Assembly (NCBI GenBank): GCA_951406725.2
Contig: OX597822.1
Coordinates: 57,908,001-57,972,000 of the forward strand
Source: Octopus vulgaris
Taxonomy: Eukaryota
Length of the DNA: 64,000 nucleotides
Direction of reading: 5' to 3'
This document shows, in pieces, positions 11,600-25,800 of this stretch. The notes under the pieces were generated by a model. The model was not told the origin of the DNA and did no database searches. It saw only the letters and a program-made list of their open reading frames with translations. Numbering within the stretch: the first letter of the stretch is position 1; each line of letters opens with the position of its first letter. The translations under genes were made by a program, and so were the position numbers.

Positions 11600-11880
11600 A
11601 TCGATCCCAGTGGAAGTCCTGGAATGTGAAGATGGGTGTGCAGGCTCTGTGTGTGTTGTCGGCAGTGTGGACAGGGACAGTTTTCTCTATGAAGGCCTTT
11701 TTTAGTCTATCTACTGATATAGTCTTTACAACCCTTGGGGTCTGGAGTAAAAAATTTATCCACGCATGAAAGAAAACAGAAAGGACCTGCATATTGTGCT
11801 GTTAACGGGGGTTTAACAACGTTGTTGCGCACCAAAGCGTGAGTCCATTAACTAAAGCTTCCTTCGGGGCAGAGCGAGAA
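11600..11880 (-). mobile_element. Gypsy/Ty3 integrase C-terminal (GPY/F) remnant
   Basis: Minus strand reads WTHALVRNNVVKPPLTAQYAGPF, then frameshifted KTISVDRLKKAF. Confidence 0.7.
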
Positions 11881-13206
11881 ATGCAATTATCAAGTAGGTG
11901 AGAGGTTTTAAAGAGGAGCGATATATTCAAAAGTGGTAAAACTAAAAATTGTCGGGGATTAATTTATTATTGTTACTGAATATGTTAGTGTTATTTAGTT
12001 TCTGAACAACTTTGCTGCCGTTTGTTTATGTAGCTTGATTTCTTTATCTATCAGTTTCTACTAAGATAGAGATACGAATATAAAACTTTTGAAACGGCAA
12101 CGCTGCTGAAACTTATGTGGAAACCATGAATGTGCTTTCAAGGGAGATAATCAGAGAAATACTTGAAAGTGAATATAAGATCATAATATTTCATGTAAAG
12201 TAAATATAGTAAATAATCCAGAACTCTTGTCTAGTACTGGATCAAAATCTAATCAGTTCATGAAAGTTTCATCTGAATCCATCCAACGGTTCTTAGGATA
12301 TCTTGTCCACAGACAAACATGACTGAAAACAATACCTCTACCTTTACTTAGGCAGAGATAATAATTATAACGAGTGTTAAAGTGAGAGGGAATTGAATTG
12401 AACATAGGATTTCTTAAGTTTAGTATAACATACAGCTATAAGAAATAGCAGTCAAATCTCTAATCTCACCATAACATCTTTTAAAAAAATCATGTGTTAG
12501 GTAAGTTCTACATGCACTGCATAACACAAGATAATCACAGCTTGAAAGTTTTTGAATCATGGGCCTGTTCAATCAAATGCAGCAGCAAATTGCCTCTGGA
12601 CCTTATCAGTCACCATGTAATACAAGTTCAAAATATGTTTCCTTTTGTCATTGATATCTATTTCTGTTCAACTGTATATACATGGTGATTGTGAGATCTA
12701 TATAAATGAAAAATCTTGTATAATCTAATTGTTGCTGTTCCATGATCCAGGTATTTTTGTAACATATATGCTTATTTTGTTGACTTTCTTCACATTATCC
12801 ATTTAGAAAATTTATTTCTTTCTCTGTACTACTTGTAAGAGTTGGTGGCGTTCCAAAGTTTTAGCATAGTCGGGCTTAAATAGATCAGACGTCACTACTA
12901 TTTGGACAATGGTTTTCTTTAATGAGTAATTGTTATACAAGGTGTTCTGTAGTAGTGGAACCATGAACATAATTGTGTGTGTTCAAGAGGGGAGAACAAT
13001 GCCACAGCCCTTCCTGGCAGTGATGGTAGACTTGCTAGAAATTTTACCAACATGTACACATGCCCGTACTCTTGAACATACATACACACTTAAACCTTTC
13101 AATCTACTTCACTGCTGCCATTCTTGTGATCTTCAATTCACCATGTTTACAGGTCCTCTAGGTTTCCTTTATAAAAGAGTTGTGTAACTTGTATGTAAAA
13201 TGTATC

Positions 13207-13337
13207 ACCAAAGTTGTCAAATTCCTGTTCACATAGTATCCCTGTGTACAGAGCCTAGTCTTTGGGATATAAATTGAGGAAAACTTTCAGTTAATGTTTC
13301 ACTTATAAAATTATCTGGACAAGCACCTCTGACATTA
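13207..13337 (+). ncRNA. Box H/ACA snoRNA, predicted dual guide for 18S psi1238 and psi36 equivalents (copy 1, RPS21 intron 3)
   Basis: Hairpin 1 CCAAAG/CTTTGG with pocket GUCAAAUU/GCC; H box ATATAA at 13267. Hairpin 2 GAGG/CCTC with pocket CUUU/GACAAGCA; ACA at 13332. Both pockets are 14 nt from their box. Confidence 0.85.
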
Positions 13338-13468
13338 GTTTCCATTTTGTTTTGTTTTTTTATCTTTTGGCAGTTTGTGTTGCAAGTTAAAATGGCTTGC
13401 ACACACACTCATCAGAATGAAATGTGGTTTTTGTATGATTTTATTTCTAATCTTTCTCCCTTTCTCAG

Positions 13469-13540
13469 GTTGATGTTACTACAGGCAGAATGACAGGTTC
13501 AAACAAAACATATGCTATTTGTGGGAAGATTCGACAGATG
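13469..13540 (+). CDS. RPS21: RPS21 coding exon 3
   Basis: VDVTTGRMTGSNKTYAICGKIRQM; CAG acceptor and GT donor. Confidence 0.97.
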
Positions 13541-13650
13541 GTAATACCCTCGATATATTTCAACTTGGCTCATTATTATAATGTTAATATTGGAAAATTG
13601 CTAGATTATGTAGGAAGTCTGTTGTGATTCTATCTTTATTTGCATGTAAC

Positions 13651-13779
13651 GCCAAAGTTGTCAAATTCCTGTTCATGCTTCATTTTTGTGACTGGGGCCA
13701 AAACTTTGGAAGATAAAAAGAGGAAAACTTTCAGATAATTTTCCATATAAGATTGTCTGGACAAGCACCTCTGACATTC
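13651..13779 (+). ncRNA. Box H/ACA snoRNA, predicted dual guide for psi1238/psi36 equivalents (copy 2, RPS21 intron 4)
   Basis: Paralog of 13207-13337 with the same pockets and diverged loops. H box AGATAA at 13711, ACA at 13774. Confidence 0.85.
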
Positions 13780-14003
13780 TTTTCATTACATAGATAATGG
13801 TGTGCATCACTATTAAGTGATGGTACTGAATTATAGAATTTTACAAAATGAAAGGTTTGCCAGATTTGGTTCTAATACATTTTGAATTAACTTCATCTTC
13901 AGTAAGTTTCTCATATTTAGGGAGATGCAGCCTTAGATTCACAGTAACATTTCTTTTCGATGCCTTTAAAATTTTTTTTTTTCTCTCTCTTCTCTCTTTA
14001 TAG

Positions 14004-14059
14004 GGTGAATCTGATGACAGTATTTGCCGCTTAGCAAAAAGGGATGGAATTATTGCAAA
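14004..14059 (+). CDS. RPS21: RPS21 coding exon 4
   Basis: GESDDSICRLAKRDGIIA(K); TAG acceptor and GTAAGT donor. Confidence 0.97.
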
Positions 14060-14915
14060 GTAAGTTGTGAAAGTTTGTTTGGGCTTGGTATTTTTGGTGG
14101 TTGTGTGGTCAGTTTGCTTCCTTTCTACATGGTTCCAGGTTCATGTGGTGTCTTCTACTATAGCCCCAGGTAAATCAAATCCTTCTGGGTGGATTTGGTA
14201 GACAGAGACTAAAAGACGCCTATCATGTGTTTGTCCCCTCACCTCCACTTGACAACTGGTGTTTGTTTGCTTTATGTCCCTGTAACTTAGCAGTTCAACA
14301 GGAGAGTGATGGAATAAATCCCAGGCATGTAAGAAAAAAAGATTCAGTATTGTGGTCAATTCATTCAACTAAAATCCCTTCAAGATGGTGCCCCAGTATG
14401 GCTGCAGCCCAATGACTGAAAGAAGTAAAATATGAAATATATATATATATATATATAAAAACACGCTTAACTCTAAAAAGATTTATTATCAGAAGAATTG
14501 TTTCATGCACATTAATATTATTGGTTGTATTGGTTTCCAACAGGGCAATCACTGATAAATAATTAGCACTTTTTGTGGTGGAAATAAGTGGCCTTTGTAT
14601 ATTATATTAATTTATTTGCAACAGGCTTCTGCAATTTCTATCTACTAAATTTCAGTAGGGTGCAGTGGCATTGGTCATCCCAGGGCATTGCTAAAAGATT
14701 TTACCTTAATCAGTGGGATTAAAGCTGGAACTATGTGTTTGCAAATTTCTTACCCATGCAGTCATGCTTACACTAATGCATTAATTGATGGTAAATGCAG
14801 TGGAAACTTGATTCAAATACATAGAAATATTTCAACTTTATAGAATTTAATTTTCTATTATATTACATGTCTTTCAAAACTTAATTTCAATACATATTTT
14901 TTCTTTTTCTTTCAG

Positions 14916-14925
14916 AAATTATTGA
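14916..14925 (+). CDS. RPS21: RPS21 terminal coding exon (K)NY*
   Basis: Long polypyrimidine tract plus CAG; A-AAT-TAT-TGA completes the 83-aa protein. Confidence 0.9.
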
Positions 14926-14945
14926 ATATGGCCTGCCAAATAGAA

Positions 14946-14951
14946 AATAAA
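14946..14951 (+). terminator. RPS21 polyadenylation signal
   Basis: AATAAA 20 nt after the stop codon, followed by a GT/T-rich element (TTGGTGTTTGTTCTTTTGTCTTTT). Confidence 0.8.
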
Positions 14952-17900
14952 ATTATAAACTAAATTTGGTGTTTGTTCTTTTGTCTTTTGAGTTTCTATT
15001 TATTTTCACTTGTCCTGTCTTTGCTAATAATATACTTGTAAATAATGAATTGAATCCTGGACTATCTCTTCAATTTCACACAACCCTTCCATTGTTGCCT
15101 CTAGTAACAGGATCTATGCGTGGATATTCAGCACAGCCTGTCACCACCTGTCACAGTCTCTCATCTCCTTTCTGAAAATCAGTTTGGCTTTCACAGTTAC
15201 TGCCTATGTCTTTGCCTTCCACTCAAATCACTAGTACTTCTTTACCCAACTATCACTTTCCATATACATTGCAAGTTTGCACCGATAGTTACCTTTATTA
15301 TATTTTTTCTTATACCTAGTCTTTCACTATACCCATTTGTACTCTAATCATTCTTGCACAATAACACTACATGTCTAGTAAAATGTATCTGCTTCATTTG
15401 TTTCGAGCCTTCATACATTCTCTGCATCATGGCAAGTTCATATTTTGGTGTAATGCAACATCAGATTTCATGTCATAAGATTTACTTACACTCTGAGATA
15501 ATCCTTTTTAGCATTTAACAGAATTTATTTTATTTGTGCTTTCACTACTAACTATTCCTCTACATCTACCACATACAAGGTTTTTCTTTTCTCTCAGCCT
15601 TTTTGTAATTCCAGTATACCTTGCACGTTTATAGTTTACAACAGATACACCATATGGAATTCTTGTCTATTTTTGTATATTGATAATGGCAATAGAAATC
15701 TGCTTTCTTTGCTAACTAAAACATTTTTGTCTTGATGTACTTTGAGAGATCTTTATTATTGAGTTTTCTTCAATAATTTTTTCTGATATACACATAGCTT
15801 TCATAGCAGCCATCAGACTGCATCATCATAATTTTGACATCTACTTTTTCATGCTTGCATAGATCAGTAATAACTCACTGAGATAGATTTTTCTATGGCT
15901 AGACACCCTGCCCATTGCCAACACTCGTTTGCGAAGAAGATATTTTCCTCATGGCTAGACATTTCTACAGGATTGTATGGTGATGACTGTTGCATAATGT
16001 CATGGCAAGGAGACAAAAACACATGCAATTCCCACCTTTCAAATCAACACAAGGCTTTTTGATTAACCTGCAGCTATAGAGGACATAACTGTCACTGAAA
16101 TAGATTCATAAAAACTGACGTTTTGCTCATCTTCCAGTCCTGAATGTTGAGCACATGCTGATGTATTAATTTGCCTCCATGTGGAGCATTGGTTGCTAAT
16201 GAGATTTCTCTCTGTCTTTAGCAATGGATTGCAGTTGTTCCCAAGAGTAGCTGTCTGCCGATGCTTCAGTTTCCATGGCCCTTCTCCATGCTTCTCTTGG
16301 GTGTCCATCAGAGGGCTTGCCTTGTAATATTAAAAGCCAGTTTTCATTGGGTGTGTCCCAACAAACTCCCATTTCTTCTTGGTCTGGACTTCAGTAGGTA
16401 GCTTTTGTGAGTCTTGCCATTTCACCTAAAGAGATGATTGCTTTAACTACCTCACTATCCATTTTTATGACAATTTACTTATTCCAGCCAGGAAAATTAG
16501 TTACCTTGTGATGATGCTTACCCCTTGTACATGACATGCATTGACTAGCCTGTTCTGGCACCTCGACAATTTTCCCAGTACTACTTTTTGTGATGGCAGC
16601 CCTAAAGGAGTTAGTGCATTCATTTGTTAACAATGGGGTTTCCCTGTATGGCCAGACATTTCCACTTGACTACAGCACTAACAGTTGTATCACTCCTGTA
16701 TGTGCATTTAGGGGGTGGGGTTATATTTGTAACTTGTGATGTTTTATTGGCTTTATGCTTTTATCACCAACTACTTTGCAACATTAACTTGGTACATTTT
16801 ATTCTATGGGCACAAGGGAATCCGTCTTCTCTATTGTCTGTTTTTCATTGAGTTTTTGCATTCATAATCACGTCAGCTGCATTATGGTTCATGTTTTTCC
16901 ATAATTCTGGTAAAGTGTGAAGTTTATGGTAGACTGTTTCTGTATTGCAGAGGGGTTATGAGAGTAGTTTCCTAGACTGAAGTCGATACTGCTTACAGCA
17001 TACTAGATAGGATTTATGACGAAAAATTTACATATCTTATTCTCATACAAATGAAATACATACATAAATACTAATGATTATATTAGCAAAAAGTATGTAG
17101 AAACATACAAACTTAATATTGGGGTAGTCTGAAGTAATCTAATGGAGGTATGAATAGTTAGGAGGAGGGGAAAAGCAGCATAGTTGATCAAGCATCATAA
17201 GAGATGGGGGTCACTACTACAATTCTTCAGATATGTTTACTTGCTGTGTGAGGCTGAGAGGACGAGTGCTACAAATGAAATAATTATAATACTTGCCTAT
17301 TACTGACTGCCATTTTTATTCACTAAAAGATTAGTGAATAAACTATTACAGTGCCATTATTACAACAAATACATAGATATTTGTTTACATTTTGCAATGA
17401 GGCTTATACAGATATAGCTCCATAAAAATATCTAGATAATAAAAAAGGCTATTCTAGTAATTACTATTAGCTTAAAACTTATCAAGACACCTTAATTCCA
17501 GCTCAGTAACAACAGTAAATCTTAGAGTTGCTGTCTTTTGGCCTTGTTCCAAATATTCTAGTTAAAAATAAAACATTGATTTCTTGGTGTAGAAGCATTT
17601 TGAAGAGAGGGTGGTGGAAAAGAATACAAACTTACAATGCTTCAAGCTTGTTTGCCTGTTGTGGGTGTGAGAGGGGGAATACTACTGCAGTCATAAATAA
17701 TGGTAGATACAATAGTTAAAATCTGGTTTATTGGAAATATGTCCACAGTGAGTACTCTGGTTTTGAGATACAAAACAATCTCACTAGTACTGATGCCAAA
17801 ATATGCATCCAGTATGCTTTGTAAAGTTGGCAAACAAACAATTGCGTTGAGAGGACACTAATCTTGTCTTCATGAACTTCTGTAGTGCTGTTGCTCCAAC

Positions 17901-19110
17901 AAAATGCATTCTACACTGGAAAGTGGTTGGTGACAGGAAGAGCATCCACTTGTGGAAACCGATCTTAAACTGAAATGTACAAGTAAGACATGGCTCGCTA
18001 ATATAAGTGACTGAAATTACAACTTATTTCCTTAACAGGATGCAAGTATATTGATCGAAGCAAAAGACAATCCACAATTGCAGTAATATATTTGGTAGGG
18101 AGTGGCATGTGTTTAATGGATATTATTTTTAAGGGGCATAAGACTTGTCAGTCTGCCTCATGATCCTAGTGGACAAAATGGAAAAGGTGTTGCCCCAGAA
18201 GATGGTGAGGGAGACATACTAGAACAGTCACTCTGACTCACAGGGCTAGCACTTATAGCCATCACTTCCCTGATATGGATTTAGTCTGGGGGCAAAGAAC
18301 ACCAGATGTCTCCACAAATTTGCCAGCAGCTGATAACAAGGTTACTCATTTACAGTTGAACTGAAATGTTTTGCTCAAGAACACAATGCACTGCATAGTC
18401 TGGGAATCAAACCCATGATTTTGGGAGTGCAACACCCTAACCACTAGGTCACTCATGGAAAGTAAACATAAAAATGATTACAATTATCTTGTTATAAATA
18501 CAAGAAAAGAGCATATCTAGTTACAGCATTAATGTTATTGCAAATATTTGACAATTATTTCAAGTTTCTGTTATTTCTTCCGGTTGAATTCTATGTATAT
18601 TTCTACTAAATTCTATTAAAGAACAGACGTGGCTGTGTAGATGAGAAGTATGGTTTCAGACTCAGAAACTTGCTCAACAGCATGTGTCTTTTTGCCATAG
18701 CCTCATGCCAACCAAATCCTTGCGAGTGGATTTGGTAGACAATAATTAAGAGAAGTCTGTGCATGTGTCTTATCTTGACATTGTTGTAAGACATGCATCA
18801 TTATTTTACAGGCATTGTTTCCAGTGTGCTGAAACATATCTGAGTAAATGTTACTTTACTTAGAGACGTGTAAAGATTGGCAAAGGGAAGGGTATCGAGC
18901 CATAGAAAATCTCCCTCACTGAATTTCATCTGATCCATACAAAAATGGAAATGTGAATGTTAAAAAAAAAAACTGAGTTCAATACAGCTGTATCTGATAG
19001 TGATATATATTTAGTCAGTCATACTGGCAGTAAAGACAAATCATTTCCAGAAACAGATTGAAACAACAAAATTGGATGATTTCTCTCTAAGATATTTTGA
19101 AGAACTTTAA

Positions 19111-19326
19111 CCCATTAGCATTCGGATTACTTTGTCAAATGTAATGCTTATTTATTCACAGTTTTGAATTAATCATGCATTATCTTGTACCTTCAAGATT
19201 TTGATGTGATTGTTTATTTTTTAGAATGACATTGTAGGATAGATGTGATAAGCCAAATCTGGCCAGTTTGAACATAAAACAAGTAGAACATTTGAGTTAG
19301 ATATGGCTGGTTTAAAGGCTAAAGGG
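19111..19326. mobile_element. piggyBac-like MITE
   Basis: TTAA|CCCATTAGC ... GCTAAAGGG|TTAA: TTAA target duplication and CCC/GGG termini. Confidence 0.7.
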
Positions 19327-21641
19327 TTAATCTAACCAAGTAACTTGTACAGGCTGGAACACTCTTTTGTTGATGTGTATGTATATATATATGAAATCAA
19401 ATTCGATGACTGGCATCCATGCTAGTGGAGCACTAAGAGTACCATGGGAGTACCGTGATCATTGCCAGTACCGCCTGACTGGCACGTAAAAGCACCTACT
19501 ATACTCTCGGAGTGGTTGGCATTAGGAAGGGTATCCAGTTGTAGAAACTCTGCCAGATCAGATTGGAGTCTGGTGCAGCCATCTGGTTCGCCAGACCTCA
19601 GTCAAATCATCCAACCCATGCTAGCATGGAAAGTGGACGTTAAATGATGATGATGATGATAATAATGATACATATGTGCCGGTACCACATAAACAGTATC
19701 CAGCACACTCTAAAATGGTTGGCATTAGGAAGAGCATCTCGCTGTAGAAACCAAACCAAATCAGACTGGAACCTGGTGCAGCTTGCCTGCATGGAAAACA
19801 GGCATTTAATTAGGATGACGAAATATATGTGTATGTTCCCTCACACCCACTGCTTAACAACTGGTGTTGGTTTGTTTATATCCTCATAACTTAGCAGTTG
19901 TTTGACTCTGAAATAAATTTTGGGTATTGATAGATATTGATGACAGTCAACTTGCTGAGTTTTCTTTTAGAAAAAAGCCTTAAATTTATGGAGAAGTATT
20001 TTCAATATCAAGTGAAATGAAATGGCTCAAACTGGGAATTGGAATTAGATCACTGAGATTACTGCTTACTATATGGAGCTCACTGCAAATCTATAGATGA
20101 GGATGATTTAAGATAAATATTTTACTTATTAAAAATATACATTGACAAATTTTGGTGTTTGTAAGTCTATATTACTCATGCAGAATAGATAAGTAACAAT
20201 TGGAGTACAGATAAACGAAATGATAAAGTCAATCTCCACTATATAAAGTTAGTGGTGATCGAAGACTGAATAGAGAATGACAGATTTTTCAGAGATATTG
20301 AGTCATTTATGTGGCCATTAGGAAAGCACAAACTACTTTGGCTGTTCATTCTTTTACATAATCAAGAAATATTCATCAAAATGCCAGCAGATAAAAGCAA
20401 AAAAAAACAAAAAACTATGCTTTGCTGGATATTTTGTACAAATATCTAAAAGAAATTCTGTTGCAAATCCATGCAGACATAGCTGTGTGGTTAAGAAGTC
20501 CACTTTGCAAAATGTGGTTCTGGATTCAATCCCAATGTTACACACTATGGACAAATGTCTTCTTATCATAGCCTCAGGTTGACCAATTCTTTGTGAATGA
20601 ACTTTGATAGATTGGAATTGCAGAAGTCCATGATGTATCAATGAGAACATTGAAAACCTGATTCTCGTCAAAGTACTATGCAATATTTGTTCTGCACTGA
20701 GTTTCAGAGATAAAGAATGCAATGTACTAATGATTGACCTGTTTGGGAATCTATCATCAATTACTCTGTTGTAATAATGGCACCCAATCATAGTCATGGC
20801 TGTTGCTGATATGTAAATGGCACCTGTGCTGGTGGTGCATAAAAAGCACCCATTACACTCTTGGAGTGGTTGGCATTAGGAAGAGCATCAAGCCATAGAA
20901 ACTATGCCAAATCAAAGTGGAACCTGGTGCAGCTCTCTGGCTTACCAGTTCCAGTCAAACCATCTAACCCATGCCGGCATGGAAAGCAGATGTTAAATGA
21001 TGATGATGACATATAAAGAAAATATAACTGTACTTTTGCATAAACATGTTTTCGTATAAACCATAGCTCACTCAGCAAAATAACATGCTGAGAAAGCAAA
21101 TTCCTCAAAAGCATTTTTCAGTTACCTGATGTTATTCCTAGCTGTAACTAAATTCTGGTATATTAGAGCAAACACTCAAACGAGCAGGCTGGATAAAAAC
21201 ATAATAATGAAAGAACAACCAATTTGTTGATAGCTGGATGGAGTGAAGTGAGTACAAACAACTATTGTAATGCCATTTGTTTTTAAGTACTGTGAATAAG
21301 GCAGCAAGCTGGCAGAATTGTTACCATGCTGGATAAAATGCTAAGCAGTATTTCGTCCATCTTTACATTCTGCATTCAAATTCTGTTGAGGGTGACTTTG
21401 CCTTTCTTCTTTTCAGGGTTGATAAAAAATGTACTAGTTGAGCAATAGGATTAATGTAATTGACTAGCCTCCTCCCATAAATTTCAGGCTTTGTCTCTAT
21501 AGTAGAAAGAATTATTAAAGGAGGTGAGCTGGCCAACATGCCAACATGCTGGGCAAAATGTTCTGTGTCATTTCTTTTAGTTTTATACGTTCTGAGTTCA
21601 CATCCTGCTGAAGTCAACTTTGATTTTCATCTTTTTGGAGA

Positions 21642-22857
21642 TATATTTTTCAAAATAGTCCCCTTTGCAGTCCACACATCTTCCATCAGTGTTTCATGGC
21701 TTGGATCCCATTGGTGAAGAAGCTTTCATCCTGTTGATCAAAAAAGTCATCAATAGTAGATATGACATCATCTTCCCTGTGATATTGGTTCCCAACCAAA
21801 TGTTTTTCATGTTGGGGAACAGATGATAGTCAGATAGGGCCAAATAAGAATAGGGAGGGTGATCAACCAGTGCAAAGGCACAATCATAAACAGCAGCCAT
21901 TGAAACCAAGGACTTGAGTGCTGGAGCATTGTCTTGATGAAACAAAACCCCTTTCATCAGTTTTCCTGGGTGTTTGATCTTGATAGCCTTTCATAACTGC
22001 CTCAGCAAGTTGGTGTAGCACTCTCCATTGATGGTGTAGCCTTTTTCAAGACAGTCAATAAATAAAATGCGTTTTGCATCCCCAAAAAACAAGCTATCAC
22101 CTTCCCTACAGATGAAACAACCTTGGTCTTCTTTGGAGCAGGTGAGAAACGGTGTTTCCACTTCGTGGATTGTCTTTTTGCCTCTGGTACCAAGTGATGA
22201 AACCAACATTCATCCTGAATTAGGAAATGTTCAAGGAAACAAACAGGATCTGCCTCAAACAATGTCAGATTTTCCTGTGATGTTATTAGTCTGGTGTGCT
22301 TTTAATCAGATGAGAGATGTGGCACCTACTGAGCAGAAACCTTTGTCATGACAAGATCATTGTGCAGAATATTTTCAACACTCACAGGATATACTAATAG
22401 CATTAGCTATTTGATTTATAGTCAATCCCCTGTCATCCATCACCATGTGATGAAGATGATTAATGTTTTCCTTGATAGTGACAGTCGTAGGATGGCCAAA
22501 CCTTAGGTTATTTTCAAGACTCTCCCTTCTCTTCCTAAATTCAGCTGTCAACTTTTGTACTTGTTGATAAATATGGAGCATCATCACCTAATGCTGTAAC
22601 CATATCAGCATGAATGCTTTTGAGGGCTAAGAACTTTATCTGCAGGTATTTGGTAACACCACAATGTTGTGCTATTTTCAAGAGAAGTTGCTACTAGTTA
22701 CTTTTGAAGTCTTCTTTAAACAGTCAGATGTTAGTTTACCTGGAAAAAAACAATGCAGTTATTAATAAGAAGAGGTAAAATTAAGGCATGCAAGATTTCA
22801 CAGGTCTAGCATTATGCTTTCATAGTCAGCCTATTAAATATTCAGCCCACCCTCAGA
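21642..22857 (-). mobile_element. Decayed mariner transposon (pseudogene)
   Basis: Frameshifted ORFs with IQDECWFHH, FHQDNAPAL, HPPYSYLALSDYHLFPNMK and terminal GDYFEK. TIR-like GAGGGTGGGCTGAATATTT near 22855; the other end is truncated by a SINE. Confidence 0.85.
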
Positions 22858-25800
22858 TAGCAGTGGTTCTTGATCTTTTGTAGCTCAGTTGCTCCTTTCA
22901 TAGAATGATGTATAAATGCCCTGTCATCTCCATGTTTTACAAAAGTTAACGAAAAATTGGTTTTGTGGTTGGATAGTAAGCTTCCCAACCATGTGGTCTT
23001 GAGTTCAGTCCAAGGCACCATACTACTATAGCCTTCTACAGTATTCCTGGGATGACCAAAGGGTTGTGAGTGGATTTTGTAGGCAGAAACTGGAAAGAAG
23101 CCCATCTGGTATGTGTGTGTTGGACCCCATCAGTGCTTGATGGGGTCTATGTCTCTATAACTTAGCAGTTTGGCCAAAGTGATCGACAACATAAGTACCG
23201 GGTTTTAAAATAAGTAATGGGATCAACTTGTTCACTAAATCCTTCAAAACAGTGCCCCAGCACTGACACAGTCTAGAGGCCAAAATAAATATGATTTAAT
23301 TTTGCACAGTAGTCTATTATCCATACTTCCATATATCAATCTGTTCAGTTTGTATCTCTTTCTAGATATTTGTCGAGGCTAATATCTTCTATGTTAAATT
23401 TTTATGAAAATTACTAAAGAGAGTGAAGATTTCACCATCTCATCATCAAAATTTTAATATCCACTTTTCCATGCTTGCATGAATCAGATAGAATTTGTTG
23501 AAGCAGATTTTCTATAGCCCGATGTCCTTGTTGCAACTCTCACCTGTTTCCAAGTATGGTAACATTTCCCCTTCTCACAACACCAAAAGAAAGAAATTAA
23601 GCTATGGAATCAAGGAAGTTGCTAAGAGAACTTTGGTTTAGTTTGGTAGAAATATTTATGGCAAAAGAACAGGAAGCTCAGATATTATTGTGACGGTGAA
23701 GCTAGAAGCACAGTATGCAAACTCTTCAAATGGCCATTTATTTGCATGGTCAAGAATAAAATTGAAAGCCAAGACATTCGTGGAAGAAAGGCATAAATTA
23801 GCTTCTAAATAGCTGGTGTTATATTTTTATCCTCCTTGGTAAGAAAATAACCAATAATGAACCTGGGCAGATCAGTAACTGAATGTCATCATTCATTAGA
23901 GAAAACTGCTAGGAAAGTTTAAGGTGTAGTGTTTCCTTTATGGATTTTTTGTAAGATGGTGTGATATTTATTGATTTATGTGGTTGCAGCATTATAGTCA
24001 GCATTTGAAACAGTTTGGTCTTTTGAGATCATTTGATACTGCTGCACTCTATGGAAGAAGTAATCAACTTGACCTGATTTATGCATCTGCCTTTGAAGAG
24101 TATATCGGAAATAAGGTAAAGGCATTGATGTTGTGGAGATAAACAAGAGCTACTGAAAAACCCTTTTCATTGAAATATAAACTAGTAAGAAGTGGAAGAC
24201 AAAAGAAATAAATGGAGTGGTGAGCAGTTTGATATACAGGAATATCATATGTAATAGGTACAAAATAAGTAGCATGGACTTGGGAAATTGAGCTTCAAGC
24301 CATTTTACCAAAGGAATGAGTATAATCATAGTAGAAGTGAATCCTCAGGAACAAGGAAACAACTTCATTTTGTGCAATGCTATCAATAAAGCAATGTTTG
24401 AGGTAGGAATGGTGTGATGGAAAAACTGTGGGTTTAGAAGTGGCATAAATGAAATTTGAAGTCGATGCATAATATATTCCATAGTAAAATAGACACTAAC
24501 AAATATATCGTCATCATCGTTTTAATGTCCCCTTTTACATTCTTGCATCAGATGAATTTTGATGAGGCAGATTTTCTTTGGCCAGATGACCTTCCTGTTG
24601 CCAACCCACAACTGTTTCCAGTAAAGGCATTCTTCCTCAGGGCTGGTCATGTTTGAACAACTACACTTGTATGATTGCGACGCTCGTTTACAAATTCGCA
24701 CAAAGAGATAAACATACGCAGAAACGACAGGCTTCTTTCAGTTTCCGTCTTTCAAATCACTCATAAGGCTTCAGTTGACCCGAACAGTAGTCGAAGAAAC
24801 TTGTCCAACTCGCTAAGTTGTGGGACAGCACCCTGAACCATGTGGTTGGGAAACAAACTTAATAACAGTCATACTTACGTCTAAAACTTACATACTAAGT
24901 AAAAAAAAAAATTTTTAACTCCCGATATTGGTTATAGACTATGTTATTATCAATCGTTCTTAGATAGAATAATTAAACTATATGCATATACCTCTATTGA
25001 GACCATTTACCTGAACAATAACTATAGATACATTAACCTCTTGTACGTCAAGTTCTTTGTACTAACGTTCAAACTCAGAAATGTAATGCCTCATCTAGCC
25101 CTCAATTACATTTGATGACAGCCTCCTAATACAACTAGTCGTGTTGATTTAGGCAAATAAAGGGACAAGAATTATTTGAAGTAACGGCATATCGTGTGAG
25201 ACAGGAATCGAACTCAGTATCCACGAGCTATTCAATTAAAGTATTTTATCTACACAGCGACGATGATTAGAGATGTCAAGGATAAGAAATTTGTTTACTC
25301 TTTACCAGCTGCCATTAACTATTCATAATATGGGAGATCACGTCTTAGCTTTGTTTAAACAAAAGCATGCTACTAGTTAATGTAAAAGTTGGGAAAGGAG
25401 AGAACAAGGAGAAAAGTAAGACGATAGTGAGGTGAAGAGAAGTGATGTTTTTGAGTGAAAACAAAAGAAAATATGCATCTATCTTTGTCTTGATAGGTGA
25501 ATGCATTTGAGGCCAACAAACAGAAAATAAGTGTTGGTTTATTATTGTTTTTTTTTTAGGTGTTGAAAGAATTTTTATTATTTATCTCTTTCTTGTGCGT
25601 GATATTCCAAGGTCTTCTCACGTTCAGTTCAGTAATCGTCTGCTGTGAAGATCTTGTATTTATTCCTCTGTGGCAGTATCTCACTACAATCAACACCCAA
25701 ACTCGTGGCATAGTTAAAACAGAACTGGAGATAAGCAGACGTCGTCTTTTACAGCTAGCTGTAAAAGGAACAAACAGTATTTACCAATTTGTAACTTCGT

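Noticed and set aside
12205-12365. Helentron/HINE-like non-autonomous element or additional snoRNA
   Set aside because: It has a terminal hairpin-like ACCTCT..AGAGAT but no H/ACA or C/D layout, and the classification is not supportable.
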